A DNA stretch of 43,700 bases from Cetorhinus maximus. Its lineage: Eukaryota. Position 1 is the first letter of the stretch, and each line of letters begins with the position of its first letter. Shown in pieces: positions 12,085 to 24,129 of the stretch. Location: contig NW_027596098.1 in the NCBI RefSeq assembly GCF_964194155.1, positions 826,301-870,000 on the forward strand. The letters run 5' to 3'. The position numbers and the translations under genes are program-made. The notes below the pieces were generated by a model that saw only the letters and a list, made by a program, of their open reading frames with translations, did not search any database and had not been told where the DNA came from.

Positions 12085-13620
12085 GAGTTATTCAACGGAT
12101 AACATTTCTATCCTCGCATGTTAATACAATCGGATGCACTTCCTTCCAGCTGTCATTTCCTGAAGCATGGCACAGGTGCCATTTTCTCATTAAAATATTA
12201 CACTTCAGGTAATAAAATTTTGTAATAAATTTGCTTCTGTTTGTGAGTATGCCGCCTGATATTACTATTTTAAATACGACCACTAGTCTCGACTAATAAC
12301 CTTGAGCTAAACTCCCCGACTGCGTTCCCTCTATTCTCTCTTCCTTAATAATCATATACAATCTTATGTCAGCTAATTGGACTTCAAAGTCTTCTGCCTG
12401 CCATTTAGCATCCTAATGTTGCTGTTTCAAACTGTGAGCCTGTGATATTTTTATCTCACAATCTGGAAATAATTCCAGGTTGCTCCTTCTGAAGCATGTC
12501 TCTTGAAAGACATCTATCGGCTACACCAATTCCATAGGCATCACCCTCATCTGTGACGCAGCTATATCACTATCTGAAATAAATTGAGTACCTGCATTGG
12601 ACATTTTTTCATCGGCTCCAACAATCACCTCAACTATTTTCGAATTATCCATTAAATTCACCTTCCAGAAGTGAATAGGTTTAGCACCAACAATACACAA
12701 ATTTATTAACACATATCCCTGCAATAACCCCTCTGAAAAAACAAATTTCACTATTCCATAAAATTTGTAATTGGCTTGCCCCTGTGTCTCTTAAAATATT
12801 AACAACTTTACCGACTCCAATCTGTGCACCATAAAGATTTCCCCTTCACATTCAAAATATATAGTCATTACCACAACCTGCAACCCAGAACTCAGTTGGA
12901 TGAATTGTGAACACATTCCCACATCTTTAAATATCACTGATTCTATATGCTTTATCTATACACAAACGTAGCGATCTTCCAGTGATTGAAACTCAGGACC
13001 CACAGTACTTTCATTTCCTGAACCTTTCCGCACCAAAATAATCCCAACAGATGTTCCCTGTAATTTTCAACAGACTGACTGTGTGTGCCCAAAATTATTA
13101 AAATGAAAAATTCTCAATTTTCGTATGTCACTCTATCATCAGCGCATTCCTTTTTCATTAAAGAAGAAAAACATCTTCCTGGGAATTTCTACGTACTCTT
13201 TCTCTTCTCCGATTGTACATCTTTCATTCACCTTCCCACCTTCTGTCTATCTCTAATTTAAAGGATGACAAAATATGCTTAACTGTATGAACTAGATGGT
13301 AACCATCAGTCATCTCTGCTGCTTGCCTTAATGTTCCAACCCTCTTTTCCCCCACATTAGTCCTCATTAGCGAAGGAGCTGAACGTTTCACTTCGTCCAA
13401 AGCAATTAGTTCTCTGAAGGCCGAAAATGTTGTCTCTACCTTTAATGGCACTATCCACCGGTCATTTTTTTTTCCGTTCTCTCAAACTCAATACACGTTT
13501 TACCAAGCTGTTTTCTCATATTCATAATGTCTACGTGTATGCCTCAGCAACAAACTCGTATGCACTCAAAATAGTCTTCTTAACAGATCGTAGTGCAGGA
13601 ATATTTCTTCTGACAATGAA
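12085..13620 (-). mobile_element. Gmr1-like Ty3/Gypsy LTR retrotransposon remnant (gag-protease-linker)
   Basis: SAYEFVAEAY (~13538-13567, cf. AYELVPEAYRQKF of SCAN-related gag); degenerate zinc knuckle FHFNNFGHTQSVC (~13070-13110); protease NILRDTGASQL (~12768-12801). Confidence 0.85.
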
Positions 13621-13624
13621 ACAT

Positions 13625-14720
13625 AAGCACTGATCCCTGTGGTGCACCACTTAGCATCGCCTGCCTTCCGGAAAAAGACCCATTTATTCCCACTCTCAGC
13701 TTCTGGACTGCAAACTAATTCTCAATCCATACCCCCAATCCCATATGTTTCAAAATTGCTCAATAGCCAAGTAGGTGGGTCCTTAAGGAAAGCTTTTTTG
13801 AAATCAAAATGCAGAACATCCCCCTGTTCCCCCTTCAGTGTTCTGCTAGGTACTTCCTCAAAAAAGCTCCAGCAGATTGCTTAAGCATGATTTCATTTTC
13901 ATAAATCCATAATTAATTAGTCCATAGCCGTTACTGCTGTCGAATTTTTCTGGTACCACGTTTATTTTATAATAGAGTGCAGCATTTTCCCCCTTTTCAA
14001 AATGTACATGAATTGCCCTGTACTTCCCGCTTTCTCCCCCCTCCTTTTTTAAAGAGTTTTGTTTTTTTGCCACCCTGCAACCAACAGGAACTGCTGCAGA
14101 GTCTAGATAATTATGGAAGATGACCACCAATGTTTCGAATGTTTCAAGGGGAGCTTCCATTAACACTCTGGGATGTAAATTATCAGGGCTTGTGGATTTC
14201 GCAACCTTTAATCCCATTAATTTTTCTAGCACAATTATTATTTTTTTCTCTAAAACTGATTTCATTCAATTCATCCCTTTCATTTGACAATAGTTTCCCT
14301 AATATTTATGGGAAATTATCTGTATCATCCTTTGTGAAGACAGAAATAAAACATGTGCTCAATTCACCTCCCTTTGCTTTGTTCCCCATTAACCACCCCC
14401 CCCCCCCCCCACCCACCCCACCCCCCCGTTTCTGGCGGTAAGAGGCTTACATTTGTCATTGGTAATCTTTTTCCCCTCACATATTTACAGAAAATTTCAA
14501 AGTCAGTTTTTATGTTCCCTGGAAATTTACTCTCATAATCCGTTTTCCTCTTGATCAATGTTTTGACCACCTTTGCTCAGTTATACATTGCAAACCTGAG
14601 GATTTGTGGTTTTTTCTTTTTTCCTGGCAAGTTTATGTGACTCCTCTTTAGATGTAATACTATCCCTAATTCATTTTGTAATCCATGGTTGAGCAAACGT
14701 TCCTGTTTTATTTCTGCACT
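13625..14720 (-). mobile_element. CR1 LINE remnant
   Basis: ORF 13858-14265: VLEKLMGLKVAKSTSPDNLHPRVL..YGFMKMKSCLSNLLELF. ORF 14364-14570: DYESKFPGNIKTD..FCKYVRGKR. Confidence 0.9.
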
Positions 14721-15005
14721 TGTCGAAGCAGAATTTGTGACCTGAATGAGATTCTCATTCATTCTGATCCGCAGACAGGCTCTAATAGGATTATGTACGT
14801 GAAAGCCATTGCAACGGTTTTACTTTGTCTGCAATTAGGCGCCAGGTGAATCGAACGCCTGCATTTCAAAGGAGAAGAAAGTATTTTTTTCTCTCGGAAA
14901 AGTGGCTGTAAAGATAGTTTTTCACCGATAATTATTTCTAACAGAACGTCCCAACTATTGTGTTTTGTAAGTGTATCTGAACTCGTCATAACTCTATTAG
15001 TTTAC

Positions 15006-15066
15006 ATCTCGGGGATAATTGTGTTCCTTTGGAGTCTGCAGAGTGTTCAGTCCCATTCTTGTGAGT
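15006..15066 (+). other. Candidate decayed signal-peptide (leader) exon
   Basis: (ATC)SGIIVFLWSLQSVQSHS followed by a phase-1 donor T|GTGAGT at 15061. No in-place ATG (ATC at 15006). Lies in non-repeat-looking sequence. Confidence 0.25.
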
Positions 15067-15329
15067 TGCTTAAGTTTCTCCTTTGCCTATTGATTCCATG
15101 GGATCACTTTACTCAGGTTCAGATACACTACAGTATCAGGAATGTATTCGTGGAACGTTTAAGGATTTTGACTCAGACTGAGCAGTAGCTGCATTTTCAG
15201 GGTAAAAAAAAAAACCCTATGTTTCAGTTAATTGTTAAGTAAATTGTTGCAATTACCCCATATTGGATTAAGTACCAGAACATAGGATAGTTTCTGGCTG
15301 ACTCATCGGTTTTCCTGGCGTTGTAGATG

Positions 15330-15740
15330 ATTGCCGCTTGCTTATTTTCCAGTGTGTCGCCCAAACCTCAAATCTTCTGCTTCTGGAAATGTCCTTTCGC
15401 CATTGTTTAAATCGCGCTGTGACTATTCGAAAAATCTGAGCTGGCCATTCCAAAGGCCATCCACAACTCTTCTGCATGTGCCCTTGTACTCAACAACTCC
15501 TGCTCACACATCACTCCCATTGTTAGCCAACCAACATTGTGACTAGCTCAAACGAAATTTCAAAAAATCGCTTCCTTGATTACCAAACCTCCATAGCTCT
15601 GTCCGAACCACTGCCTATAAATATCTGCAGTCCCTCAACCTTCCATGATGCCAATTCCACCAGGGCCTTGTCCCTCCATCTCTCTCTAATATTGTCACGT
15701 CCCAATCTCCTCACAGATATCAAATGCCTCCATGACTACA
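15330..15740 (+). mobile_element. L2 LINE 3' fragment
   Basis: cacatcactcccattgttagccaaccaacattg (HITP..., cf. HITPVLADLHWLP) at ~15507-15540. Confidence 0.55.
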
Positions 15741-15751
15741 TGTGGTACATT

Positions 15752-16303
15752 TGATGAACGGACCACAGGAGACTCAGGTAGGGGTTACGATAGTTTATTA
15801 GCCCAATTGCAAAGAAGCCACCATTTCAATACAGCTTGAGACATGACTCTGCTAAATTACAAGTGTTCAACATGTTTGTACATCGTTGCTCACGTACAAG
15901 AACAGTTTACAGAGTCCGACATCGTCAAATTATAGATGCATATTAACCAGGTATCTCTGGTAACAGTTACATGCATCGTATGACCCTATCTTTCATCCAG
16001 GCAGAAGCCTGCTTTCCTATCTAAGTTGGGACCATGTGGGTTCCCATATCTGTTGAACTGCACACTTAATATATGTTATTGCCATCCTATAACTCCAGTC
16101 TAACTCCCAGGACCTAGCTGGTGATTGCAAACCCTGAAGGTATACAAAGTTTGAGAGTGTATATGGTTCATCTAGTTTAACTGTTTAATTGTTGATTTAC
16201 TGATTTGTGGTGGCCTGCCTATAAATTTTAATTTAAGTAATTAATTCCCTTATAATGAATTATCCCTTAACATAAATTCTAATTTAGTTTCTTCCACCTA
16301 ACA
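15752..16303 (-). repeat. Putative 3' LTR of the endogenous retrovirus (~550 bp)
   Basis: On the minus strand it starts with TG immediately after the PPT, carries AATAAA at 15799-15794 and ends in CA at 15753-15752. The left boundary is less certain; no second copy is in the window. Confidence 0.65.
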
Positions 16304-16315
16304 GTCCCCCCTTTT
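16304..16315 (-). promoter_or_regulatory. Retroviral polypurine tract
   Basis: Minus strand AAAAGGGGGGAC directly followed by TG(TTAGG). Confidence 0.85.
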
Positions 16316-16519
16316 GACCCTTGGCCTAGCCCAAGGTAGCCAACTATAATGGTACTGTCTGTCCCTTTACGCACCGCTACGTTTCATGCCGGACATTCAA
16401 CCAGCTTTGGGTTGTGAGGGGTACCGTCAGACAATCTGTATCATTTGGCCGTTCAATTCAGGCCTCAGGTTTACCAAATTACTTCTCCGCCTGTTAAAAC
16501 TCCCCCAACACCACTTTTT

Positions 16520-18260
16520 TTTTTACTCCTGTGTGCAATGAATCAAGTATATAATCAATATCAATTGAAGTATAAGTAGGAATAGGATATAAACCGAATC
16601 CAATGGTTTTTCTCTACATTTGAGCCCCAATTCCACCACCACCATGTGGAGGAACCTATTCGCTCGATATCCTCCTTTAAGGCTCAAACCAATTGCTGTA
16701 GTGCATAATATGTTCTGTATATCTACTGAGTCTGTATCCGAATCGCGGTTAGGGGCTAGGGTAATAAGGTAATTTCATAGGGCAACTGATTCAAATACTG
16801 TGACAGGTTATCCTATCTTGTGTAATTCGACCACTTCCACTTTCCCAACAATTCCTGGCGCTTGTGGGTATAGGCAAACTAAATAATTGTGAATGGGACA
16901 TATCTGATTCTTACCCTATTGGAAATTCTGCTGCTACGTGGTGAAACAATATCTGCCATTCCATGTATATGCAACATGTGTCGGTACTTTTGCAGTTCAT
17001 ATAGTTTCCATTGTACAGTTTGCAGCAGCTTTATATCCAAAAATCACTTCCTCCGTCTCATGGATTAGTTGTGCACATAGTACTGCGGTGGCCTCTATCC
17101 TACACTGTTTCAATGTGGAGCTAACTATATTCACTTCTATGTCCACTGCATATGGCAGACTAATGCCCCCATATAACCCCAATACTTTCTACTCTATATA
17201 AGGTCCTGCTGGGTGTCTCATGTATCGCTAGTACAATGTCTATTAGCATATTACTATTCACTATACATTCAATATTCATTCTAAATATGTGTGTTAAACC
17301 TTTGAGCTGGGAACAGGTGAAGTCCTGTTTATTGTGTCATGAAAGGTTCAATATACGCTCATTAGTTACCCATAAAGGAACTACACCTTCATTAATCTGT
17401 CTAAAATTCTCTCGGGCCTATTCCAGTGCCCACGATCCATAGGTGCTGCAAACATCATGTCTGCTTGCTTCATCTGAACTATTTTCCCTGTTTCAATTAT
17501 TTTATTGGTAGTCCAGGCATCACTTGCGAGCACGGTAGCCAGTCTTTAGATTAAAAGTGTCATGTCCTGGTCTGTATTTATTTGGGTCTTATGGATTCAC
17601 TGTCCCCGATCCAGAATCTCTTGAAGCTTACAGCTCAGGGTACGGACCATGTGGTCATCAGTTGCCAGTTTCTGAATTAACCACTAATGTCCCTATATTG
17701 AATATCGTAGCGGCATCATTTATCAGGCTTTCCTTAAGGGGGTTCCCTCCCAAGCCTAATTGCATCTCGCCTTTGAACTGAGATGCATCAGTCATCAGAT
17801 GGCCCAATGGAGCCATATATATTTCTCGAATATGGGTTCAGCACCACTGGGGCGTGTCAATTCTGGATATGTTCAAGGCTACGGGTACCCGCTCTTGGTG
17901 TACATTATTATACAAAACTTCTGATTAACCAGTACCAAACCATTAGTCAGTCCTAGATGACTAGTCGGACAAAGTTGATTAGTCATTGTGGTATGAGAGT
18001 TTTGATTTATCTCGACTCAGACTGTGGAAGTAAACGTGCAAGGTGGCTGGAGAGTGCCGGACCTCCCACATCTGATCTGAAGCAAGCCCTAACTATAATT
18101 CGAAAGCAGTTGATCTCCTACTGGTACATTTATCATTTCCTGCTTTGTGTTGCATTCAGCACGCTATACCAAAGTTCTTCAAGTGTTGCGGTATGAGCAA
18201 TAATGTTCCCCGACCTTGTTGACAGTATTGATACGTCCACGACCAGGATCGTAGATCTGT
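16520..18260 (-). pseudogene. env: Retroviral env pseudogene with F-protein-like layout (lokiretrovirus-like)
   Basis: In order: NGLVLV/EVLYNNVHQERVPVALNIS..PQWC; candidate fusion peptide LINDAATIFNIGTLVVNS (17726-17673); heptad-like segment; VCSTYGSWALE*ARENFRQINEGVVPLWV; IVLAI..LYRVESIGVI; Cys-rich LKQC..VLC..NCT..GRYCFTT..ICP..VC; YYALQQLV*ALKEDIERI; WWWWNWG; TM ILFLLILQLILIIYLI. Located between IN and the PPT. Multiple stops and frameshifts. Confidence 0.75.
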
Positions 18261-18309
18261 GGAGAATTTAACATCGGCTCCCGTTCTCCGAGTTACCGCT
18301 TGGTCCATT

Positions 18310-19010
18310 GTCATGCATCTTTAACTGTGCGTAATGCCCCCATTTACTTCCCGTTTTCAAATCTACAAGTGTGCATGTCTCTCATGGTATAATTAACACG
18401 TATGGTCCATGATTGTTGTCTCTGGGCTCACCTTGACTGTCACCGTATTACCAACTTGGTCTATTATTGTTCTCTGCATTTGCTTGTTTCCATATCCTTA
18501 ATCAGTTGTCGGTCTCTTACTTCTTTCCTTAACTCATGCAATTGCTTACTTATTTCCCTCACATAGACTCGCATCCTTCCTTTTAGTGGCCCTACATCTC
18601 CCACTCATGCTATGATCCCCGCGGGTAACTGCATTGCTCTCCTTGTAATTATTTCAAATGTGGTGAACACGCCGGTCCTGCATGGGGTAGCCGGAATGCG
18701 CATTAGAATATTGGGCTGTTCCCTGTCTCTTGAATTACTTTTGTGTTTGACGTTTTTTCATTAACTTCAGTTCATCCTTTCACCCGTCCCCGAGCTCTGT
18801 GGCTGGTAGGGAATGTGGAATTTATTTTTATATTTAAGTTTATACATTTATTTAGTGGCGCATAATGTGAAATGAGTTCCCTGATCTAAATCCAGCTGGG
18901 TAGGCACCCCAAATACTTCCAGTTTACTCTCTCGTGCTGCTGTCCGACGTCGGACCTCAATTCTCTTAAACTGCCGACACAATTATAAAATGCACCTTTT
19001 TATCCTATTT
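18310..19010 (-). pseudogene. pol: Retroviral integrase (core + C-terminal) remnant
   Basis: FGVPTQLDLDQGTHFT, KFHIPYQPQSSGRV, NILMRIPATPCRTGVFTTFEIITRRAMQLP, GPYVLI and KWGHYAQLK on the minus strand. Confidence 0.9.
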
Positions 19011-20373
19011 TTCAAAGACACTGTATCTTCACTTACAGTGACGGTTCTCTCAAGGAGCTGCTTAACTGTCTGTCATCATAATGTTAATCCTGTGGTCTTA
19101 CATTTTTTAGCTCGCAGGCACATGAATACAATCAGTAATACATCGATTTAGCCTTTTTTCAAGCTCTCCCTTTACCTGTATCCATCTTGTGGTAAATTGT
19201 TGTTAAGTATTAATTCTCCTTAGATTTCAATTCCTGAACCACAGATTCCACATATTTTTAAAGCAATTTATTTTCCCATCACCATAATAATGCTTAGATT
19301 CTCTTTATTTCACTTTTCTAATGTCTTGAAAGTTTATAATGTTTCCTTGCTCTTTAGGCCGTAATAACTATTCTGTGGCAATGAGGATCTCTCTCTCTAG
19401 ATCTTTGCTTACCTCGCCCTGTGCGTTTCAAATGTCTCAGTTGATGCGCAGATTATCAAATACACTTATCTGAAAAAACGTTTGAATATTGTGTCATTTT
19501 CCCCTAACTCTTTCTCCTACTTGCCTCATACTATTTTGCAAATGCAAGAACTACCACCTTATCTTGTTCAGGTTGTCTGGAAAGGCTTTAAAATATATGA
19601 AATATTCTCAGAACAGTTTTAAAAACCGAAATCAGGTTTTGACATGTTCCTTATCTTCTTCTCAAACAACATTTTATTGTCTCAAAATTAACTCACTAAA
19701 ATGTGTCTGACCCGTTTCATTTAGAATTATCCCAGAATCATTTAATTGCCCAAAAATTGGATTTCTGCCAAAATTTGTCAAGACCTTGAGCTCAGCTTCA
19801 TATTTTGGGAACAGACTTTACAAATGCAAAATCTTGCAGCATTTAAATTAAGGTCCATTATTGTCAAATCTTTTAAACTGATAATTCCCTTTTGAGAAAT
19901 TTTGAGGAACCAAACTTCAAATTTTAAACTTTGTAAGAAATGTATTTTAAACTATCAATGTTCAAACTACGTCTTTCTTATGTGGATTGATTTGTATCGA
20001 AATTATAATTCCCGTCTGCTCATCGAAATATTCTTTATCTCAGATAGCATCTTAGTGAATGAAGATTAATCTTCTAAACTACACTGCACTTAACACCTCA
20101 AGCCTTAGACCAAATTGAAGTAAAAGTGCTGTTGAGATGCAGATTTCCTTTCATATTTAATTCATCTCTTCAAAAGAAACCCCTTTTAACCCATTGGAGC
20201 CACCTAGAACAAATGTTTATTCCATTTGATTGTCCTGGAATCCCTTGAACTTCAGGTAATTTTTCCCCTCAGAATTTTAGAATAATAACTCGTATGAGAT
20301 AATGCAACTCTTATGTATCAATTCCAATCAGCTGGGAAGCTGGTGACACTAGTCTGCAAGGGTGTGGTCCAAA

Positions 20374-20818
20374 TGTTATTTCTTCTAAATATTTTTAACG
20401 ACTTAAAGCTCTCATATTCTAAGGGAAAATTCAAATAACAGTGCTGGAAATAAAGGGATCTTGAAGGCTCTACCTTTAGGGACAATCAAACTGACAGAAG
20501 CTCACATTTCCCTTGCTACTGCCTGTCAGTGGTTATTAACGCCTTTCTGGCTACCCCCATTTTCTCGCTTTCTCTCTCCAAGTTTTTCTCTCTCTTCAGC
20601 ACAAATAGCTCTTGTAGCGGAGCAGCACCAGGTGTAGCTAAAAATGGGATCATTACTGCTCCATCAGTCTACACTGCATCATTACTGAAGTGATTGAATG
20701 GGTCTTCACCAGTGCTAGCATTTGACACTTGCTTCGCATTAACCTGATCACCGACGTCCTGTTTGGTGTCCACTAGTATCACTCTGTTCCTGACTTCATT
20801 TCAACCTTAGTTGTAACA
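20374..20818. repeat. Possible LTR of a second LTR element (TGTTA...TAACA termini)
   Basis: Begins TGTTAT and ends TGTAACA; on the minus strand it is followed by TTTGG at the PBS position. Not similar to the 15752-16303 LTR. Confidence 0.35.
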
Positions 20819-20819
20819 T

Positions 20820-22005
20820 AGATAAATGAGCTGAACTTCCGAGGTTACGTGAAAGTAACTACCCTTGAAATCAATACCGGGTGCGTCATCAAAGCGTCAT
20901 AACAAGACTGGAGTCAATAGCACAATGAATCAACTTGGCACAATGGAAGATGGTTGTGGTTGTTGGGGCTCAGTCGTCTTATCTGCAGGACATCACCGCA
21001 GAAGGTGCTAAAATATTGCCCAGTATCCAACCATCTTCAGCTGCTTCATTAATAACATTTATTCCACCGTAAGGTCAGAAATGGGGATGTTTGCTCATGA
21101 TTCCGCAATGTTCATCAACATTCGACTCCTCAGATGATGAACCCGATCCTGTGCAAAAGCAGCTTGACCTGGTGAATACCAGGCTTGGGCTGACAAGTGA
21201 CATTTGCGCCACACAATTGTCTGGCAATGACCACCTCCATCAAGAAAGAATGCAAACATCACCCATTGACATTCAGTGACATTAGTATAACTGAATTCCC
21301 CACTATCAACATCCTAGCGTTTATATTGACAGAAACTGTACTGGACTAGCCATATAAGTGATGTAGCTATAAGAGTTGGCCATCGGCTAACAACCCTGCG
21401 ACGAGCAACTCACCCCCTGGCTTCCCAAAGCCTGCCCTACATCTAAGGCACAAGTCAGGAGTGTGATGGGATACTCCCCACCGCCTGGAAGAATGCTGCT
21501 CTCACAACACTTAAGAAGCTTGACAACACGCAGGAAATAAACATTCTGGTTCAGTGGCACCACATCCACAAATATTCACTCCCTCCACCACTGAAAAACA
21601 CAGCAGCAGAAGTGTGTACTATCTTGAACATGCACTACAAGAATTTGCCATGGCTCCTTCGAAAGAGCCTTCGGACAAAAACGACCACAACTATCTAGAA
21701 GAACCCCTGCAGCAGTTAAAAATGAACAACAACACCCGAAAGCTCCCCGGCATCCGCCCCCCGCCCACCCCCACCCGCACAATTCACTCACCATCGTGAC
21801 TTGGAAATGTATCGATCTTTCTTCGCTGTCGTTGCTTCACAATATTGGAACTCCCACCGTAACAGCACTGTGGATTTCCCTGCGCCACATGGACTGCAGC
21901 GGTTAAAGAATGCAGCTCACCATCACTTCCTGAAGGACAACTAGTTGTGGGCAATAAATGCTGTCCAGCCAGCGAAGCTCAGAGCCCATGAATGATTTTT
22001 TTAAA
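20820..22005 (+). mobile_element. CR1-group LINE 3' portion including its 3' end
   Basis: PTIFSCFIN..VRSEMGMFAHD (~21030-21100), YKAQVRSVMEY-like sequence (~21443-21475), and terminal gggcaataaatgctgtccagccagcgaagctcagagcccatgaatga. Confidence 0.85.
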
Positions 22006-22009
22006 AATA

Positions 22010-23620
22010 GTATTAAAATAGGTCCTGTAAGTGTATCCGTATAATTGGGGATCAATAGGGTGTATATTGGCTGTGCAGGGGCCTCGGGGAACATTCCACT
22101 GCTTTTGAGGGTTCCTCTCGCTTCAGTCATGTATTTATCGAGGGTCTCCGGGCAGTGTGTCGCTATTAATACGGGACACACAGGTTGTGTCTCATTATTT
22201 ATAAGGGATCCCCGCGGTGTTTCTCAGTATTTTTACTGGATCCCCGCGATGTTTATCTGTATTTATTGGGGTTGCAGGGGACTGTGTCTGAATTTAAAGT
22301 GTGTTCTTCATTAAAGTGCAAATAGGTAGAGGGTTGTTACTGCTCGTCAGTAAGCATTTGCGAGATTTCCCAGGAGTGTGAGAGAGTATTTGAAGGGTGT
22401 CAAGGAGTATGTCTGACCAATTTGACTGAACACCAGGAAGTATGTCGGTTTTTAGGGGGCTCACCGTGCAGTTCGTCTGTATTTAGTTAGTGTCTTTATT
22501 GAGTGTGCCGGAAGGTGCAGGGGTTAAACGAGTAATAAGTAAGTGTTTACGTTTTCAACTGGGGGAGTGAGTGAGCATTCATTGCATGGAAAGTAACAGA
22601 CATTGTGTCCGTACACACTGTTGGTCTGTGAGAGGAGTGTCAATATTTCATGGGTATCTCTGTGGAATGTGTCACTATTTCCTGTCGTTCCTTGGGGCCC
22701 TGGGGAGGGTGTCAGTATTTCAATGGGGCCCTGGGGACGTATATGCTATGTATCCCCGGGGATTGTTTTGGGATTTCATGGGTGTCCCTATGAAGTTCGT
22801 CTTTATCTCCTGGAGATGCCGTGGTAATATATGTGTATTTCATGGTAGTCAATAGTAAGTTTTTTGATATTTCATGGGGGTCCCTGGGGAGAGAATTCCA
22901 ACGACCTGGTGGCCCCTGATGGTGAGTTACTTGCTATTTCCTGGCTGCCCCCAGGGAGTGTGTCCGGATTAACATTTGGTCCCTGAGGAGTTTTTTCTTG
23001 ATTTGCTGTGGGCCCCTGGAGATTGTGCCTGTATTTCCTGGGGAAAATGGACAGTGTTTCCATATATTTGGGGTATGCGGAGTGTGTCAGCATTTACTGA
23101 TGGTCCCTGATACATGTGTCGGAATTTGCTTTCTGTCCCTCTGGGTTGAGATGGGATTTGCTTTGTGTCCCTGGGGAGCTTGTCCGGATTTGCTGCTGGT
23201 CACTGGTGAATATGTCGTAAACCCCAGAGCATTTCCCAGTAACACGCTGCAAAAATGGCCACAGTACAAAGGGACCCCCCAGGAAAGTTGGATATTCTCA
23301 ACTGGGATGCCGAAGAAATTCCAAACCACTATCCAGGGACCCAAAATATATATAAACGTGTCCACCGGGTACACAGGAATTACCTACGCAATCACAAGGG
23401 GCACCAGGAAATATGAAACCACTCGCCAGGGTCCCCCAGGAAATTCATAGAAACTCCACATGGTCACGCAGCAAATCCTGGCATAAGCACCAGGGGCCAG
23501 CAGCAGTCCTGGCACATTCCCCTGGGATGCGCAGAATATCCAGGCGCTCTCTCCATGGACCCACAGCAAATCCCTACTCTGTCACCGTGGACACACAATG
23601 AACCCCAGAAAACTCTGCAG
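22010..23620. repeat. Degenerate ~32-nt tandem repeat with a strand inversion at ~23218
   Basis: Unit approximately GGTCCCTGGGGAGTGTGTCCGGATTTGCTGCT (gtccct-like cores at ~22979, 23012, 23103, 23135, 23167, 23198). After ~23220 the reverse complement recurs (gcagcaaatcctggcataagcaccaggggcc). Confidence 0.8.
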
Positions 23621-23669
23621 GGACGAATTTCATACTCCTGCTCCTATGCTTTCTGTTCATATGCCCTCT

Positions 23670-24085
23670 TTCCATTCAGTTGGATAACCGAGTTCACTTT
23701 TATTGTCACTATCCCTCGAGCCTGATGAAGTGATAACACACTTATTGTCATTCCAAAAATAGGTAGATCACTGTGCTCACTCTCATTGCACTGTCCATCA
23801 ATTTGAATCACTGACCTCTCTCATATAATCATTTTTCATCCAGTTACATCGCTTAACTCACTCTTATTGTAACTTTACATCCAGTTATATCATCGTGCCT
23901 GACTCTTATTGTCACTATCCCTCCATATAGATTATTGACTTCTCTTGTATGGCCACGATACAACCAGTTAGATCATTTACATTACTCTCATTTTCACTGT
24001 CCATTCAGTTAGATTACTGACCTCAATTTGATAAAATTTGAAAACGCCATGGAGAATTACGCATACTTTAATTGTCATTTCCCAT
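23670..24085. repeat. Degenerate ~41-nt tandem repeat (~10 copies)
   Basis: tattgtca-like cores at ~23701, 23743, 23784, 23823, 23865, 23907, 23947, 23989 and 24070, with cagtta(g/c)at spacers. Confidence 0.7.
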
Positions 24086-24129
24086 GCAGACAAAGCACTG
24101 ATCTCAATGTATGAAGAAATAACATTACA

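Noticed and set aside
20374-20818. 5' LTR partner of the 15752-16303 LTR
   Set aside because: No visible sequence similarity between the two, so a complete provirus cannot be claimed.
23670-24085. CRISPR-like repeat/spacer appearance
   Set aside because: Vertebrate context, degenerate units, spacers related to each other, and no cas genes.
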